Assembly (NCBI GenBank): GCA_036918135.1
Contig: JBALDB010000007.1
Location: 352,001-416,000 of the forward strand
Source: Nostoc sp.
GTDB taxonomy: Bacteria; Cyanobacteriota; Cyanobacteriia; Cyanobacteriales; Nostocaceae
Reading direction: 5' to 3'
DNA: 64,000 bases
Part shown: positions 53,441 through 64,000 of the stretch, in pieces
Position numbering within the stretch: the stretch's first letter is position 1
How the letters are laid out: each line of letters begins with the position of its first letter
Position numbers and translations under genes: made by a program
Notes under the pieces: generated by a model
Told to the model about the DNA's origin: nothing
Database searches by the model: none
What the model saw: the letters and a program-made list of their open reading frames with translations, nothing else

Positions 53441-54160
53441 ATGATTACAGTCCCCGATACTACTGCGAAAATTCTCATTGTCGATGACGACTTCGGCGTC
53501 CGAAATCTCGTCTATCGTTTTTTAAGTCGGAAATATCAAATAGAATCAGCAGCAGATGGTAAGACTGCTTTATCGTTGTTTGAGCAATTTAACCCAGCCC
53601 TAGTGATTTTGGATTGGAATTTACCAGATGTTAACGGCTATAGCCTCTGCCAAGAAATGCAGAGTCGTACTAATGTTTTAGTAATGATATTAACTAGTAG
53701 AACTGATGAAGCTGATAAAATTAAAATCTTATCCGCTGGCGCTGATGATTTCATGACTAAACCGTTTAGTCTTGCAGAAGTAGAAGTGAGAGTAGAAGCT
53801 CTTTTGAGGCGGATACGCTACATTAATCCCTCCCCTACACAACGTATCGTCTTCAAGCAGCTAGTAATTAACCCAGAAGGTCGGGAGGTAACACTTAATG
53901 ATAAACCTCTCACCTTAACAGCCTTAGAATTTAATATTTTACATTTTTTAGCAAGTCATCCGGGTCAGGCTTGGAGTCGTCCACAGCTAATCCAAAAAAT
54001 CTGGGGTTGTGAATACGTCGGAGATGGACGAGTGGTTGATGTGCATATTGGTCAGCTTCGTAAGAAGATGGAAATCGATGCCAGTGTACCAGAGTTTATT
54101 AAAACTGTACGCGGCTACGGCTACAAGTTTGAAGCCCCTGAGGAAAATACTAATTCATAA
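53441..54160 (+). CDS. OmpR-family response regulator
   Basis: ILIVDDD, ILDWNLP, GADDFMTKPF, VDVHIGQLRKK, TVRGYGY. Confidence 0.93.
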   Translation: MITVPDTTAKILIVDDDFGVRNLVYRFLSRKYQIESAADGKTALSLFEQFNPALVILDWNLPDVNGYSLCQEMQSRTNVLVMILTSRTDEADKIKILSAGADDFMTKPFSLAEVEVRVEALLRRIRYINPSPTQRIVFKQLVINPEGREVTLNDKPLTLTALEFNILHFLASHPGQAWSRPQLIQKIWGCEYVGDGRVVDVHIGQLRKKMEIDASVPEFIKTVRGYGYKFEAPEENTNS

Positions 54161-54309
54161 ACATTGGGCATTATAAGTGCCCAGTGCTAGGTCAGGAGTT
54201 AAGAGTGCCCAGTGCTGAGTGAGGAATTAAGAGTTATTATTTTCCCCTCTGCCCTCTGCTCACTCCCCCCTCCCTGTATTTCTTGAAGTGTGTTTCCTGA
54301 AGGATAGAT

Positions 54310-54936
54310 TTAGCGTAGAAAGCTACTAACTAACCATAACAAAATAAAAGTTAGTGCTGTAGACAACTGATTCGATCCGATATTTATGAATGATATTTGT
54401 GGTAAGAGCCAGCTAGCAAGTAGGCCTCCAGCAATTAGGCCAATTATTAAACTGACCAGAGTGAATAAAACTGCTCTCCCAAACTTGCCTTCTTTGCGAT
54501 TGAGAAAGTAAATACCGATACTTACCCCAACCACTAATGCTAATTGTAAAACCCGATCGCCTCCCTCTGAGTAAAACAGACTAATAGCACTCAAACCAAG
54601 ATACCAAGCTCCTGGTAAGAGGATATCAGCAGGCGTTGGCTGGTCTATCATTCGTTGCAGCCATGCAGGTGAATGCTCGCGGGGGGTTTGAGTTTCTTTA
54701 GGGGGCGATTGTACTCGCAACTCTGGAAAGCGAATACGTTCAGGAACTTTAATTTTACCTTCCTGACGCATCCGTAAACGATCCATTAAAATCGCATCGT
54801 AAGCCGCTTCAATCACTTCTAGATGCTTGGCATCACCACTATGTTGCTCGAATAGATGATTACGAGCATCCTGAATTTCATCGAAGGAAGCCTCTTCTGA
54901 TACCCCAAGTTTTTCGTAGGGATTTTGATCGCTCAT
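54310..54936 (-). CDS. CPP1-like (J-like domain) membrane protein
   Basis: NPYEKLGVSEEASFDEIQ, IEAAYDAILMDRL, C-terminal TM helices. Confidence 0.85.
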   Translation of the reverse strand: MSDQNPYEKLGVSEEASFDEIQDARNHLFEQHSGDAKHLEVIEAAYDAILMDRLRMRQEGKIKVPERIRFPELRVQSPPKETQTPREHSPAWLQRMIDQPTPADILLPGAWYLGLSAISLFYSEGGDRVLQLALVVGVSIGIYFLNRKEGKFGRAVLFTLVSLIIGLIAGGLLASWLLPQISFINIGSNQLSTALTFILLWLVSSFLR

Positions 54937-55630
54937 GGGAGTTTATTACTTCAGCCTCAGTCAGCGGCAGTCTATTGTCGAAGGAAAAACAAATTTAGCT
55001 TTTGTTTAGATCGAAACTTAATGTTTCGACTTATGTTTATGGTCTATCAGGATAGTAGCACGAGTTAGTTTGACCGACTTTGAGATTTAGACTATAGTCA
55101 CTTTAACATATCGCCATAACTCCGTGTATACCCTCATGTCGTTGCCCAGTTCTGGCTCTAATCTAGAATTTGAACTAGATAGTACCTAAAACGCAGAGTT
55201 TTTATGAAAAAATTAACTTTACTGTTTCAAATTTGGCAACTTACTGTGCCCTAACAGAGTTTTTTAATTATACTGATGATCGCTTGTGGTGTAGAACCAC
55301 ATCTCGATTTAAAATTGAAACGTTTTAAGTTACCACCTAACTGGGATAAAAAGTATTCGAGTTTTACAAACCGCTGTGGCTAAAGTTTGAACGTCTTTAT
55401 GGTAAGCACATTGATAGTTACAAAACCTGCACACCATGCAGGGCTAGACTATGGTTTTCCAGAAGTTTCCCGTTCTCATCGCCGACAATCCTGATTCCAG
55501 TATTAATTATTTGAATAATCAAGATTTTCATGCCGTAGCTCTGTAGATTCTTTATAACTCCTAAAGTGGTAACTGTGTTTTTACGTAACCTTCTTGTTAA
55601 TCTTACGAATTTTTGTGCAAAGTGATGGTC

Positions 55631-56350
55631 ATGGCTCCCGCCAAGATTCTTGTTGTTGACGACGACCCTGCGGTTCGGAATTTAATTCAACGCTTCTTGA
55701 TGAAGCAGAACTATCAGGTGGAGGCTGCCGAAGATGGAAAGACAGCCTTAACTCTATTTGAGCAATTTAACCCTGATTTGGTGATTTTAGATGTGAATCT
55801 ACCAGATGTAATTGGGTTTAACCTCTGCCAAGAGATGCAAAGTCGTAATGGTGTTTTTGTTCTGATGCTGACTAGTCGTGCTGACGAAGCTGACAAAATT
55901 CGCGGTTTTTCTAAAGGTGCTGATGACTATCTCACTAAGCCTTTTGGTTTGGGAGAGCTAGAAGTCAGAGTAGGAGCGATTTTGAGACGCCAGCGAGTCA
56001 TAACTACTGCCGAACAGAAACGTTTGGTTTTTGAAAAACTGATGATCGATCCTGTGCGACGGGAGGTGGCACTTAATAACCAACCAGTACCCTTAACTGC
56101 TTTAGAATTTGACTTATTGCATTTTTTAGCCAGTCATCCAGGTCGAGTTTGGCGGCGTGCAGAATTAATTCAAGAGGTATGGGACTATGAATATGTCGGC
56201 GACCAGCGGGTTGTAGATGTACATATTGGTCAAATTCGCAAGAAAATTGAAATTGATGCGAGTCAGCCAGCGTTAATTCAAACTGTACGTGGTGTAGGGT
56301 ATAAGTTTGAATCTCCTGCTCACCCTCAACAGTTGGAAGCCAAGTCCTGA
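55631..56350 (+). CDS. OmpR-family response regulator
   Basis: MAPAKILVVDDD, ILDVNLP, GADDYLTKPF, TVRGVGY. Confidence 0.94.
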   Translation: MAPAKILVVDDDPAVRNLIQRFLMKQNYQVEAAEDGKTALTLFEQFNPDLVILDVNLPDVIGFNLCQEMQSRNGVFVLMLTSRADEADKIRGFSKGADDYLTKPFGLGELEVRVGAILRRQRVITTAEQKRLVFEKLMIDPVRREVALNNQPVPLTALEFDLLHFLASHPGRVWRRAELIQEVWDYEYVGDQRVVDVHIGQIRKKIEIDASQPALIQTVRGVGYKFESPAHPQQLEAKS

Positions 56351-56707
56351 GTCTATAGTCTAGAATTTTTAACTCTTGACCAAAACAATTTTGGATTTCA
56401 AATTTTGGATAAAATTTATTTTGGTTTCAGAGCCATTAGGAGGAACTACTAAAGGTTTAGCAAACTTGAGCAAACTGGTATACCGTTCGGAGGGTAGCGC
56501 AGCTAACTGTGCTGCCCTCAGTGTATATTTAAACAATAAGGGTTACATAAGGCAACTCAAAGAAATAAATTATTCGGTTTGAAGTTGCTGAGTGATGATT
56601 GATGACTGTTGACCATTGATTGGGAACAGTGGGATATTTTTTTGTCAGTTTTTTGTCAGTCCCCAACAAGTAACTAATAGTCAGCTGCTAGTACTATTTT
56701 AGGTTTT

Positions 56708-56998
56708 GTGAAAAGTTGAGCCACTCGCTTGGTGTTAGCGTAGCTGTCTTCAACATAGCTAAAAGTGACGACTCGGCGGTTCGGGCCGTAAACGCGAAGT
56801 CGCTTGTCGTCAGACTTCTATTAGCGCGGATCTGTTGGACGTAGCGCAAAGTAAGATTGCATATCGTAGAAAGGCTTCCGACGCTCGAATGCAAGAGCGT
56901 CTTTGACAGTAGAAGACTCCGCTTAGCTGCGCTATCGGAGCGAAGCCCACTTGTTGGCTGTCGGGAGACTTTAGTCGAGTAGTGGCTCAATTTTGCAC
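56708..56998 (-). mobile_element. MITE-like GC-rich non-coding element with 18-bp imperfect terminal inverted repeats
   Basis: GTGAAAAGTTGAGCCACT ... AGTGGCTCAATTTTGCAC (16/18 complementary). Confidence 0.6.
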
Positions 56999-57219
56999 TA
57001 GAAAAGCGCCGGCAACGCGCAGAACAGGCAGTTCCACACCACTTCGTTGAACTTTTAGAACTCCAAAGGCAAAGCAGCCGCTCGCTCTCAAAACCCATTA
57101 ATAGGGCACGGGTTTGTCGTACTCATATAAGACATGAGCCAGAATGACGCCCTTCATACCATTACCTATGGGCTGTCTAGTAAATTAGCTGTTGTTGCTG
57201 CAATCCAGGGTATTTTTAT

Positions 57220-57417
57220 TTAGGAATGGTGAAACAAAGTTTCTAGATAGACTCTAGCAGCACGGCGATCGCTCTCTCCATTTTGGAGTAAAAACAATGA
57301 TAGTGCCGCTGTCAATACTCTGTTTTCATCCCAATCAGGATGGGTTTCTAAGTAGTTTTTTAAGGATTCGTGAAGTGATTCGGGAATTTCTGTAAAAATA
57401 CTAACCGTTGCTTTCAT
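57220..57417 (-). CDS. DUF2811-like small protein
   Basis: EIPESLH...HPDWDENRVLTAALSLFLLQ; GAGGAGG upstream of the ATG. Confidence 0.8.
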   Translation of the reverse strand: MKATVSIFTEIPESLHESLKNYLETHPDWDENRVLTAALSLFLLQNGESDRRAARVYLETLFHHS

Positions 57418-57791
57418 GAGATTTTCCTCCTCTGAGGTCAATCAAGAGGGATAAGTTGCTTGCAGTGAAATAGTTTCGGGCTACCTCACACAATCTTTCG
57501 CTTGCCCGATAATCTACGCCGACAACTCAGGTAATTTTACACAGTTGATGTCAACAGTTGAATGGACTACAAAAGCAAGCCGCATCATTGTGCGCTAAGA
57601 AGGGGTAGGTTTGTCAATGCTGCGAAATGTTAAAAATGTTGGTATAAAAAAGAAATACGCACGAAATAATCAGACTTTTAAACCAATTTTTGTTACTTAA
57701 CTTTACAAAAACTCAGTCCTCTAAGTTCTTAACTACTATTAACTGACAATCCCCAGTAGATAGCCACAAGCCCATTAGCTCGTAGAACACC

Positions 57792-57844
57792 TGTGGAAAA
57801 CTGCTAAAATCCCTGTGGAAACCCTGTGGAATTAGTGAGGAAAA
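57792..57844 (-). promoter_or_regulatory. Cluster of DnaA-box-like motifs (TTTTCCACA on the minus strand)
   Basis: TGTGGAAAA 57792, TGTGGAAAC 57814, TGTGGAATT 57825, TGAGGAAAA 57836. Confidence 0.5.
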
Positions 57845-57881
57845 TTCCAGCTAATGATAAGAATTACAAAAATATCAGAAA

Positions 57882-59165
57882 ATGATGACATCTAAGCTGA
57901 TGAAATTAGCTTCCCAATCCCAGTTATCCTCGTGGTTGCCCTCGATACATCCCCAAGTATGGATTTTGGCGATTGGTAGATTTTTGTCGGAAGTTGGTAC
58001 CGGCTTTACCTTGTTTTACGCTCCTATCTTTTTTGTCAATGAAGTTGGTTTATCTGCAACCACCGTCGGCGTAGCCTTAGCTTGTGCCTCGATTTCCGGT
58101 ATTGTCGGACGGATTGTTGGTGGTTCTTTGGCTGATTCTAAGAACTGGGGACGCCGCCGCACTTTGTTGCTGGCAACGGCGATTTGTGCTATCGCTTCTT
58201 TAGTTTTCGCTGCAACCAATAATTTTACTATTTTGGTAATCGGTAACTTGATTAACGGCTTAGGAATAGGTTTCTATTGGCCGGCTGTGGAAGCTATTGT
58301 TGCTGACGCCAGCGAGATTGAGAATCGCCGTGAAACTTTTGCCATCAGTCGATTAGCAGATAATCTGGGGTTAGCGATCGGAATTACGCTGGCAGGGTTT
58401 TTAATAGCGATAATTGGGAGTTATCGCTGGCTATTTACGATTGATGCCATCTCTTTTCTAGTGTTTTTTGGCGTTATCTATGTAGGAGTTAGTGATACCA
58501 AGGCGCAGGAAATCGACCAAGAAAAAACACAATATTTTGCTTCTTGGATGGCAGTATTCAGAGATCGTCGTTTCCTCGTCTACATCGCAGCTAATATCTT
58601 CTTTACAATTTACATTTCCCAGATACACAGTATCCTGCCGCTTTACTTCAAAAACTTTGTCATCGAAAGTACCGACCGAGGATTTGCTGAAACTACTATT
58701 AGCAGACTATTTGCTTGGCATTTGGTGGTAGCTATTATCTGTCAGTTGCCTGTTACCAGCGCCTTAAAACGCTGCTCTCACACACTTGCGCTCACTATTT
58801 CTGGCATTCTTTGGGCAATTGGTTTTGGACTGATTTGGGTAAGCGGTACTGCCACATCTCATAATATAGTTTGGGCAGCATTTGCATTAGGAGTATTTGC
58901 TTTTGCAATTAGTTCTTATACGCCATCTGCTGCCTCTTTAGTTACTGAGTTAGCCCCAGAAAATCAACGCGGCGTTTATTTCTCGATTAACGCTTTGTGT
59001 TGGGCTATCGGCTATTCTATTGGTCATCCCTTGGGTGGATGGGCATTAGACCAACCGCGAATCATTGCCGATCGCTTTTGGTTATGCTTTTCTTTGAGCG
59101 TGGCGATCGCTGTGGTAATTTTACAGTACTTGAATCGAATTTTGGCTGATGAATCAGCCAAATAG
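57882..59165 (+). CDS. MFS transporter
   Basis: About 12 TM helices; GSLADSKNWGRR motif A; start may be 57900. Confidence 0.9.
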   Translation: MMTSKLMKLASQSQLSSWLPSIHPQVWILAIGRFLSEVGTGFTLFYAPIFFVNEVGLSATTVGVALACASISGIVGRIVGGSLADSKNWGRRRTLLLATAICAIASLVFAATNNFTILVIGNLINGLGIGFYWPAVEAIVADASEIENRRETFAISRLADNLGLAIGITLAGFLIAIIGSYRWLFTIDAISFLVFFGVIYVGVSDTKAQEIDQEKTQYFASWMAVFRDRRFLVYIAANIFFTIYISQIHSILPLYFKNFVIESTDRGFAETTISRLFAWHLVVAIICQLPVTSALKRCSHTLALTISGILWAIGFGLIWVSGTATSHNIVWAAFALGVFAFAISSYTPSAASLVTELAPENQRGVYFSINALCWAIGYSIGHPLGGWALDQPRIIADRFWLCFSLSVAIAVVILQYLNRILADESAK

Positions 59166-59316
59166 TGTTATGCTCATACGTAGATATTTCTCAGGAGTTA
59201 AATCACAGTGATACGTTAATACAATAAACAGCTAAATCATTATCAGTCGCTGCGATCGGGCTAAAAGTTCGATAAATATTGATTTTTTGTTTGTTGTAAT
59301 TCTGTCAGGATTCACT

Positions 59317-60210
59317 GTGAATATTCCTTCTTCGTACCTCGAAAAAATTCGTGCTGTCTATCCCAAAATCTCTATTGACCACCTTGACTTTAATCAAGAT
59401 GGCATGGTTAATGATGTGGTAATTGTTAATCATCAGCTTGTATGTCGCTTCGCCAAAGACGACTGGGGAAAACAAGTGCTTTCTCATGAAGCTAAGGTGT
59501 TGGAAGTGGTGCGAAGATATGTTGAACTGCGGGTTCCATACTTTGAACACTTAGAAGAAGGCTTTGTTAGCTACAGATTTATTAAAGGTGAACCACTATC
59601 TCGTAATACCCTGCTCAAGCTTAGTGAAACTTCACAAGCCCGTATCATCTCCCAACTAGCCAAATTTCATCAACAATTGCACAGCATTCCAAATGAAATT
59701 TTAGTGAATGCTAGGGTGTCTTCTTCTAATGCAGCGCGTTCGTGTAAAGATTGGTTGCGATTGTATGAGCAAGTTCAAGAAACTCTTTTTCCTCATTTAT
59801 GGCGTCATCAGCAAACTTGGATACATGAACTTTTTGCGCCCGTGATTACAGGTGAACTTAATATGACCTACACACCCGTACTAATCGACGGCGATAAGGC
59901 AGTCTATCACATTCTGTTTAACCCCATATTAGAGAGTATCAGCGGTTTGATTGACTTTGGCACAGCTGGTTTGGGCGACCCGGCTTGCGATATTGCTGTG
60001 CAGCTGGGTAATTACGGAGAAAGTATTGTGCGGCGGATGGAAAGCGACTATGCCATGTTACCGAGTATCATCGACCGGGCGCGTTTCTGGGTGGGAACAC
60101 TTGAACTTCAGTGGGCTTTAGCCGGGATAAAATTTAACGATATCTCATTATCGTTGGCACATATTGGTTTGGCTAGAGAAGTTGAACCCGTAGGTACAAG
60201 GTTAAATTAA
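59317..60210 (+). CDS. Aminoglycoside phosphotransferase (APH)-family kinase
   Basis: LAKFHQQLH, LIDGD, GLIDFG, GDPACD; GTG start. Confidence 0.85.
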   Translation: MNIPSSYLEKIRAVYPKISIDHLDFNQDGMVNDVVIVNHQLVCRFAKDDWGKQVLSHEAKVLEVVRRYVELRVPYFEHLEEGFVSYRFIKGEPLSRNTLLKLSETSQARIISQLAKFHQQLHSIPNEILVNARVSSSNAARSCKDWLRLYEQVQETLFPHLWRHQQTWIHELFAPVITGELNMTYTPVLIDGDKAVYHILFNPILESISGLIDFGTAGLGDPACDIAVQLGNYGESIVRRMESDYAMLPSIIDRARFWVGTLELQWALAGIKFNDISLSLAHIGLAREVEPVGTRLN

Positions 60211-60228
60211 TCCTCTTTCCTACACTGA

Positions 60229-60879
60229 CTATCGTCGGCGTTCTTGGAGCTTCCGATATACGGATTTTAAATCAACTTGATGATGAGCTAAGGCAACCAA
60301 AGTATGATATAGCAAATCTGCGACTTCACCAGCGATCGCTTCTGGTTCATCATCTTTAAAAGCCATTACCACCTCAGCACTTTCCTCACCAATCTTTTTT
60401 AAAATTTTATTGTCACCACCCGCTAATAATTTGCAGGTATAAGAACTTTCAATTGGATTATCGCGGCGATCGCATATTACTTCAAATAATTGTGACAACG
60501 TGTCCCCTGGTGGAGGAGCTATTTTTCCTTCTATTTGGTGAAAGCAACTTCGTTCTCCTGTATGGCAGGCAATATCTCCTACTTGCTCTACCCCAATTAG
60601 CAAGGCATCACTATCACAGTCATAACGGATACTCCGCACTTTTTGAATATGCCCAGAAGTCGCTCCCTTGTGCCACAACTCTTGCCGAGAACGACTCCAA
60701 AACCAAGTTTCTTCACTTTCCAAAGTCTTTTGTAACGACTCCTGATTCATCCACGCCATCATCAAGACAGTGCCATCAAGATAATCTTGAACAATTGCAG
60801 GCACTAAACCCCGTTCATCGTAGCGAATTTCCTTAACAGGGATGGCGTAATGTAGCGAATGCAAATCGTTAGAATACAT
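60229..60879 (-). CDS. hisIE: Phosphoribosyl-AMP cyclohydrolase/phosphoribosyl-ATP diphosphatase
   Basis: [33 protein letters not shown]. Confidence 0.96.
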   Translation of the reverse strand: MYSNDLHSLHYAIPVKEIRYDERGLVPAIVQDYLDGTVLMMAWMNQESLQKTLESEETWFWSRSRQELWHKGATSGHIQKVRSIRYDCDSDALLIGVEQVGDIACHTGERSCFHQIEGKIAPPPGDTLSQLFEVICDRRDNPIESSYTCKLLAGGDNKILKKIGEESAEVVMAFKDDEPEAIAGEVADLLYHTLVALAHHQVDLKSVYRKLQERRR

Positions 60880-60974
60880 ACCAGCTAATCTGCTCTAATG
60901 AGAATGATTCATGGATTCACGATATCATTCTAAATAGGGCAGCTGGTATGTTTTTTGAATTTAGTAATCTTAAT

Positions 60975-61169
60975 TTAGCTCTCAACAAGAGCAGTTCGTT
61001 CCATAGCAGACTGCATTTTAACAGCACTTCGCGCGACTTGGTGAGCTTTTGAAGCTTCGCCATACCAATGAATTGCCGAGTTAAAAGCTGCCCGGTAAAG
61101 ATCCTGGTATGCCTCAGATAATCGAGTCTGAATATCTAAAGGCAAGTCTTCATTAGACTTGTATAACAT
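60975..61169 (-). CDS. ChaB family protein
   Basis: YKSNEDLP, YRAAFNSA, AHQVA. Confidence 0.82.
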   Translation of the reverse strand: MLYKSNEDLPLDIQTRLSEAYQDLYRAAFNSAIHWYGEASKAHQVARSAVKMQSAMERTALVES

Positions 61170-61275
61170 ATTGTTATTTTCTTGGTTCCGCTAATTTTAT
61201 ACGATAGAAGTTCTAAGCAGCTTTTGACCCTATCCTAAGATAGAGCTTTTTATTGCCCACTGTTAGGAGAGAACC

Positions 61276-62574
61276 TTGGTAAATACCTCAATTAAAACAA
61301 CAAAATCACAAGAAGTCTTTGGCGCTGCTCAAAACCTGATGCCAGGAGGAGTCAGTTCTCCAGTTCGTGCTTTTAAATCTGTAGGCGGACAACCCATTGT
61401 TTTCGATCGCGTTAAAGATGCTTACATTTGGGATATAGATGGCAACCAATACATAGATTATGTAGGCACTTGGGGGCCAGCTATTTGCGGTCATGCTCAT
61501 CCGGAAGTGATTGCAGCGTTGCATGATGCCTTGGATAAAGGTACCAGTTTCGGCGCCCCTTCGGTACTAGAAAATGTCTTAGCAGAAATGGTGATCGATG
61601 CTGTTCCTAGCATCGAGATGGTAAGATTTGTTAACTCTGGAACTGAAGCCTGTATGGGAGTTTTGCGCGTAATGCGGGCTTATACTAACCGAGACAAAAT
61701 CATTAAGTTTGAAGGTTGCTACCACGGACACGCCGACACATTTTTAGTAAAGGCAGGTTCTGGTGTGGCCACACTTGGCTTACCAGACTCCCCAGGAGTA
61801 CCTAAATCAGCTACTAGTAACACTCTAACCGCACCATACAATGACCTAGAAGCCGTCAAAGCCTTGTTTGCAGAAAATAAGGATGAAATTGCTGGTGTCA
61901 TTCTTGAGCCAGTAGTCGGTAATGCTGGGTTTATTGCCCCTGATGCTGGTTTCCTCGAAGGATTACGCGAACTTACTCACGAGCATGGGGCGTTATTGGT
62001 GTTTGACGAAGTGATGACGGGCTTCCGTATTGGTTATGGTGGCGCCCAGGAAAAGTTTGGCATAACTCCTGATTTAACAACCTTAGGCAAGGTGATTGGC
62101 GGCGGTTTGCCAGTAGGAGCCTATGGCGGTCGTCGGGATATTATGTCAATGGTTGCCCCTGCTGGCCCCGTCTATCAAGCTGGGACTCTTTCAGGTAATC
62201 CCTTAGCGATGACTGCTGGTATTAAAACTTTGGAATTGCTGCAAAAGCCCGGTACTTACGAATATCTTGACCGAATTACTAAGAAGTTAGCAGATGGTTT
62301 GCTACAAGTAGCCAAAGAAACTGGTCATGCAGCTTGTGGTGGTCAAATCAGCGCTATGTTCGGGCTATTCTTTACATCTGGCCCTGTTCACAACTACGAA
62401 GATGCGAAAAAGTCTGATACAGTCAAATTCGGACGCTTCCATCGCGGTATGTTGGAGCGTGGTATTTACTTAGCACCTTCTCAATTTGAAGCTGGGTTTA
62501 CATCTTTGGCTCACACCGAAGAAGATATCGATCAAACTTTAGCAGCTGCACGAGATGTAATGTCTAATTTATGA
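61276..62574 (+). CDS. hemL: Glutamate-1-semialdehyde 2,1-aminomutase
   Basis: [33 protein letters not shown]. Confidence 0.97.
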   Translation: MVNTSIKTTKSQEVFGAAQNLMPGGVSSPVRAFKSVGGQPIVFDRVKDAYIWDIDGNQYIDYVGTWGPAICGHAHPEVIAALHDALDKGTSFGAPSVLENVLAEMVIDAVPSIEMVRFVNSGTEACMGVLRVMRAYTNRDKIIKFEGCYHGHADTFLVKAGSGVATLGLPDSPGVPKSATSNTLTAPYNDLEAVKALFAENKDEIAGVILEPVVGNAGFIAPDAGFLEGLRELTHEHGALLVFDEVMTGFRIGYGGAQEKFGITPDLTTLGKVIGGGLPVGAYGGRRDIMSMVAPAGPVYQAGTLSGNPLAMTAGIKTLELLQKPGTYEYLDRITKKLADGLLQVAKETGHAACGGQISAMFGLFFTSGPVHNYEDAKKSDTVKFGRFHRGMLERGIYLAPSQFEAGFTSLAHTEEDIDQTLAAARDVMSNL

Positions 62575-62706
62575 CAAAAAAAGTGCTAAGTCTTGAGTCA
62601 AGATAGCAGCTTTAAGCTCGTCCCACTCCTAAAAAGGATGGGATTTGATATTAAGTGTTAACGGTTGACGGTTTACAGTCAACCGTTAATAGTTATCTAT
62701 CGAAAA

Positions 62707-63570
62707 TTACAAGTCAGGAGGCAAAATTACGTTATCAATAGCATGGATTACACCATTGGTAGCTGTCATGTCAGCCTGAGTCACTTTAGCATCATTGACT
62801 GTCACACCAGTAGCAGGATCGACTTTAACGTTGATTGTCCCTCCTTCAAGGCTTTTAACTTCACCAGACTTCAAATCACTAGACAATACCTTACCAGGCA
62901 CAACATGGTAAGTTAACAGCTTGAGTAATACTTCTTTGTTTTCTGGTTTCAACAAATCTTGCAATGCGTCTGCTGGCAATTTAGCAAAGGCTGCATCTGT
63001 AGGTGCGAAAATCGTCAAGTTATCTTTGCCTTGCAAAGCTTGAGTCAATCCTGCTGCTTTCAAAGCTTTAGTCAAAGTTGTAAAGGAAGCGTTTGATTCT
63101 GCCAAGGCTAACAAATTTTTGCCTTGAGTTTCACTTGTCCCAGCAGGTGGTGCAGTAGGAGTAGTAGGTGCGGTAGGTGGTACTTCGGTTGGTGGTGTGC
63201 TGGGTTGAGTTTCAGGGATAGGGCGTGGAGTGCGGGATGGAACATCACTAGGCGGGGTACTACCACCACGGTTATAGGGAGGCTCGTTAAAAATACTTGG
63301 TCTGGGATTTAGCGTCCCACCCCCACTACTCTGGGCTAGTTGTTGACGCTTCGTATTGCCCTTTTCTACTTCTGAAACAGCCTTTGTAGGTGTGTACTGA
63401 GCGTTTGCTTGAAGGCGTTCACCTCGATTATAGGGAGCTTCGTTGAAAATACCGGGGTTAGGATTTAGTACTTCTTTGGCATCAGATGGTAAAGTAATCA
63501 AAAGGCTAAAACTACTTAATCCTGCTACGCCTGCCAACGTGGTCAGCAATTTGCCGTAATTTGTCTTCAT
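62707..63570 (-). CDS. Fasciclin domain protein
   Basis: TIFAPTDAAF, LTYHVV, NGVIHAIDNV; signal peptide and two LNPxPxIFNExPYNRG repeats. Confidence 0.92.
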   Translation of the reverse strand: MKTNYGKLLTTLAGVAGLSSFSLLITLPSDAKEVLNPNPGIFNEAPYNRGERLQANAQYTPTKAVSEVEKGNTKRQQLAQSSGGGTLNPRPSIFNEPPYNRGGSTPPSDVPSRTPRPIPETQPSTPPTEVPPTAPTTPTAPPAGTSETQGKNLLALAESNASFTTLTKALKAAGLTQALQGKDNLTIFAPTDAAFAKLPADALQDLLKPENKEVLLKLLTYHVVPGKVLSSDLKSGEVKSLEGGTINVKVDPATGVTVNDAKVTQADMTATNGVIHAIDNVILPPDL

Positions 63571-64000
63571 AAATTTTGTTTGTTTTTTGTCCACACGTTA
63601 CATAAAGATTTATAACATTTTGCTATACACAAAATCTAACTTTAGAGGGAAGTAAGATTTTTCAGGGGAAATACTTCCTGTTAATCAGGTTAGATATTTA
63701 ATAAGGCGTAGTTTATTATACTTTATAATTATTGTTCTTTTAACTAGCAGATGTAGTATATATACTTGATGTATATTCAGCATTTAATAAACGCACAGTT
63801 CGAGTTATCAGTTAGATAGAGTATTTAACTATTTTGAGTTCGATAAATTGTGTAGCCTTCGCTTTTAATAAGGGTCAAATTTGCTATGCGAATTAGAAAG
63901 ATAGGTATGCAAAAACTATAGCGCTCAGTGCATGAAAATTTTTGAAATTTAATAGAAATTCGAGAAAATCATGGTTATATCGAAAGAATTTTTTATCCAT

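Noticed and set aside
56694..57098. 134-aa ORF (and ORFs at 51958-52301)
   Set aside because: No recognisable motif; coincides with repeat-derived DNA

Overview
64-kb chromosomal window from a heterocystous (Nostocales-type) cyanobacterium. This assignment rests on abundant HIP1 GCGATCGC, STRR heptamer tandem repeats, short dispersed repeats (SDRs)/MITEs and patD. Core genes include rel/spoT, cysH, sbcD, nfi, lpdA, trpC, trpB, hisIE, hemL and RNase D. Accessory content includes a protealysin-emfourin pair, a decayed Type ISP-like R-M gene, a TetR-MFS efflux unit, an FHA/FHA-flavoenzyme pair and a CA-SbtA-SbtB-Tat-CA inorganic-carbon cluster. The most unusual part is ~26-37 kb. It holds an HTH-NB-ARC-TPR (NLR-like) gene whose 12 near-identical 126-bp repeats vary mainly at a few codons, a paralog that has lost its nucleotide-binding domain in frame, two homologous 21-bp minisatellite elements, phased direct repeats in the divergent promoter, and an FG-GAP/RTX surface protein with mosaic 213-bp repeats. 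Also notable are a phased array of DnaA-box-like motifs at ~57.8 kb and two inverted homologous GC-rich non-coding elements bracketing two OmpR paralogs. No rRNA, tRNA or CRISPR array was recognised. All calls were made by eye, without database searches.
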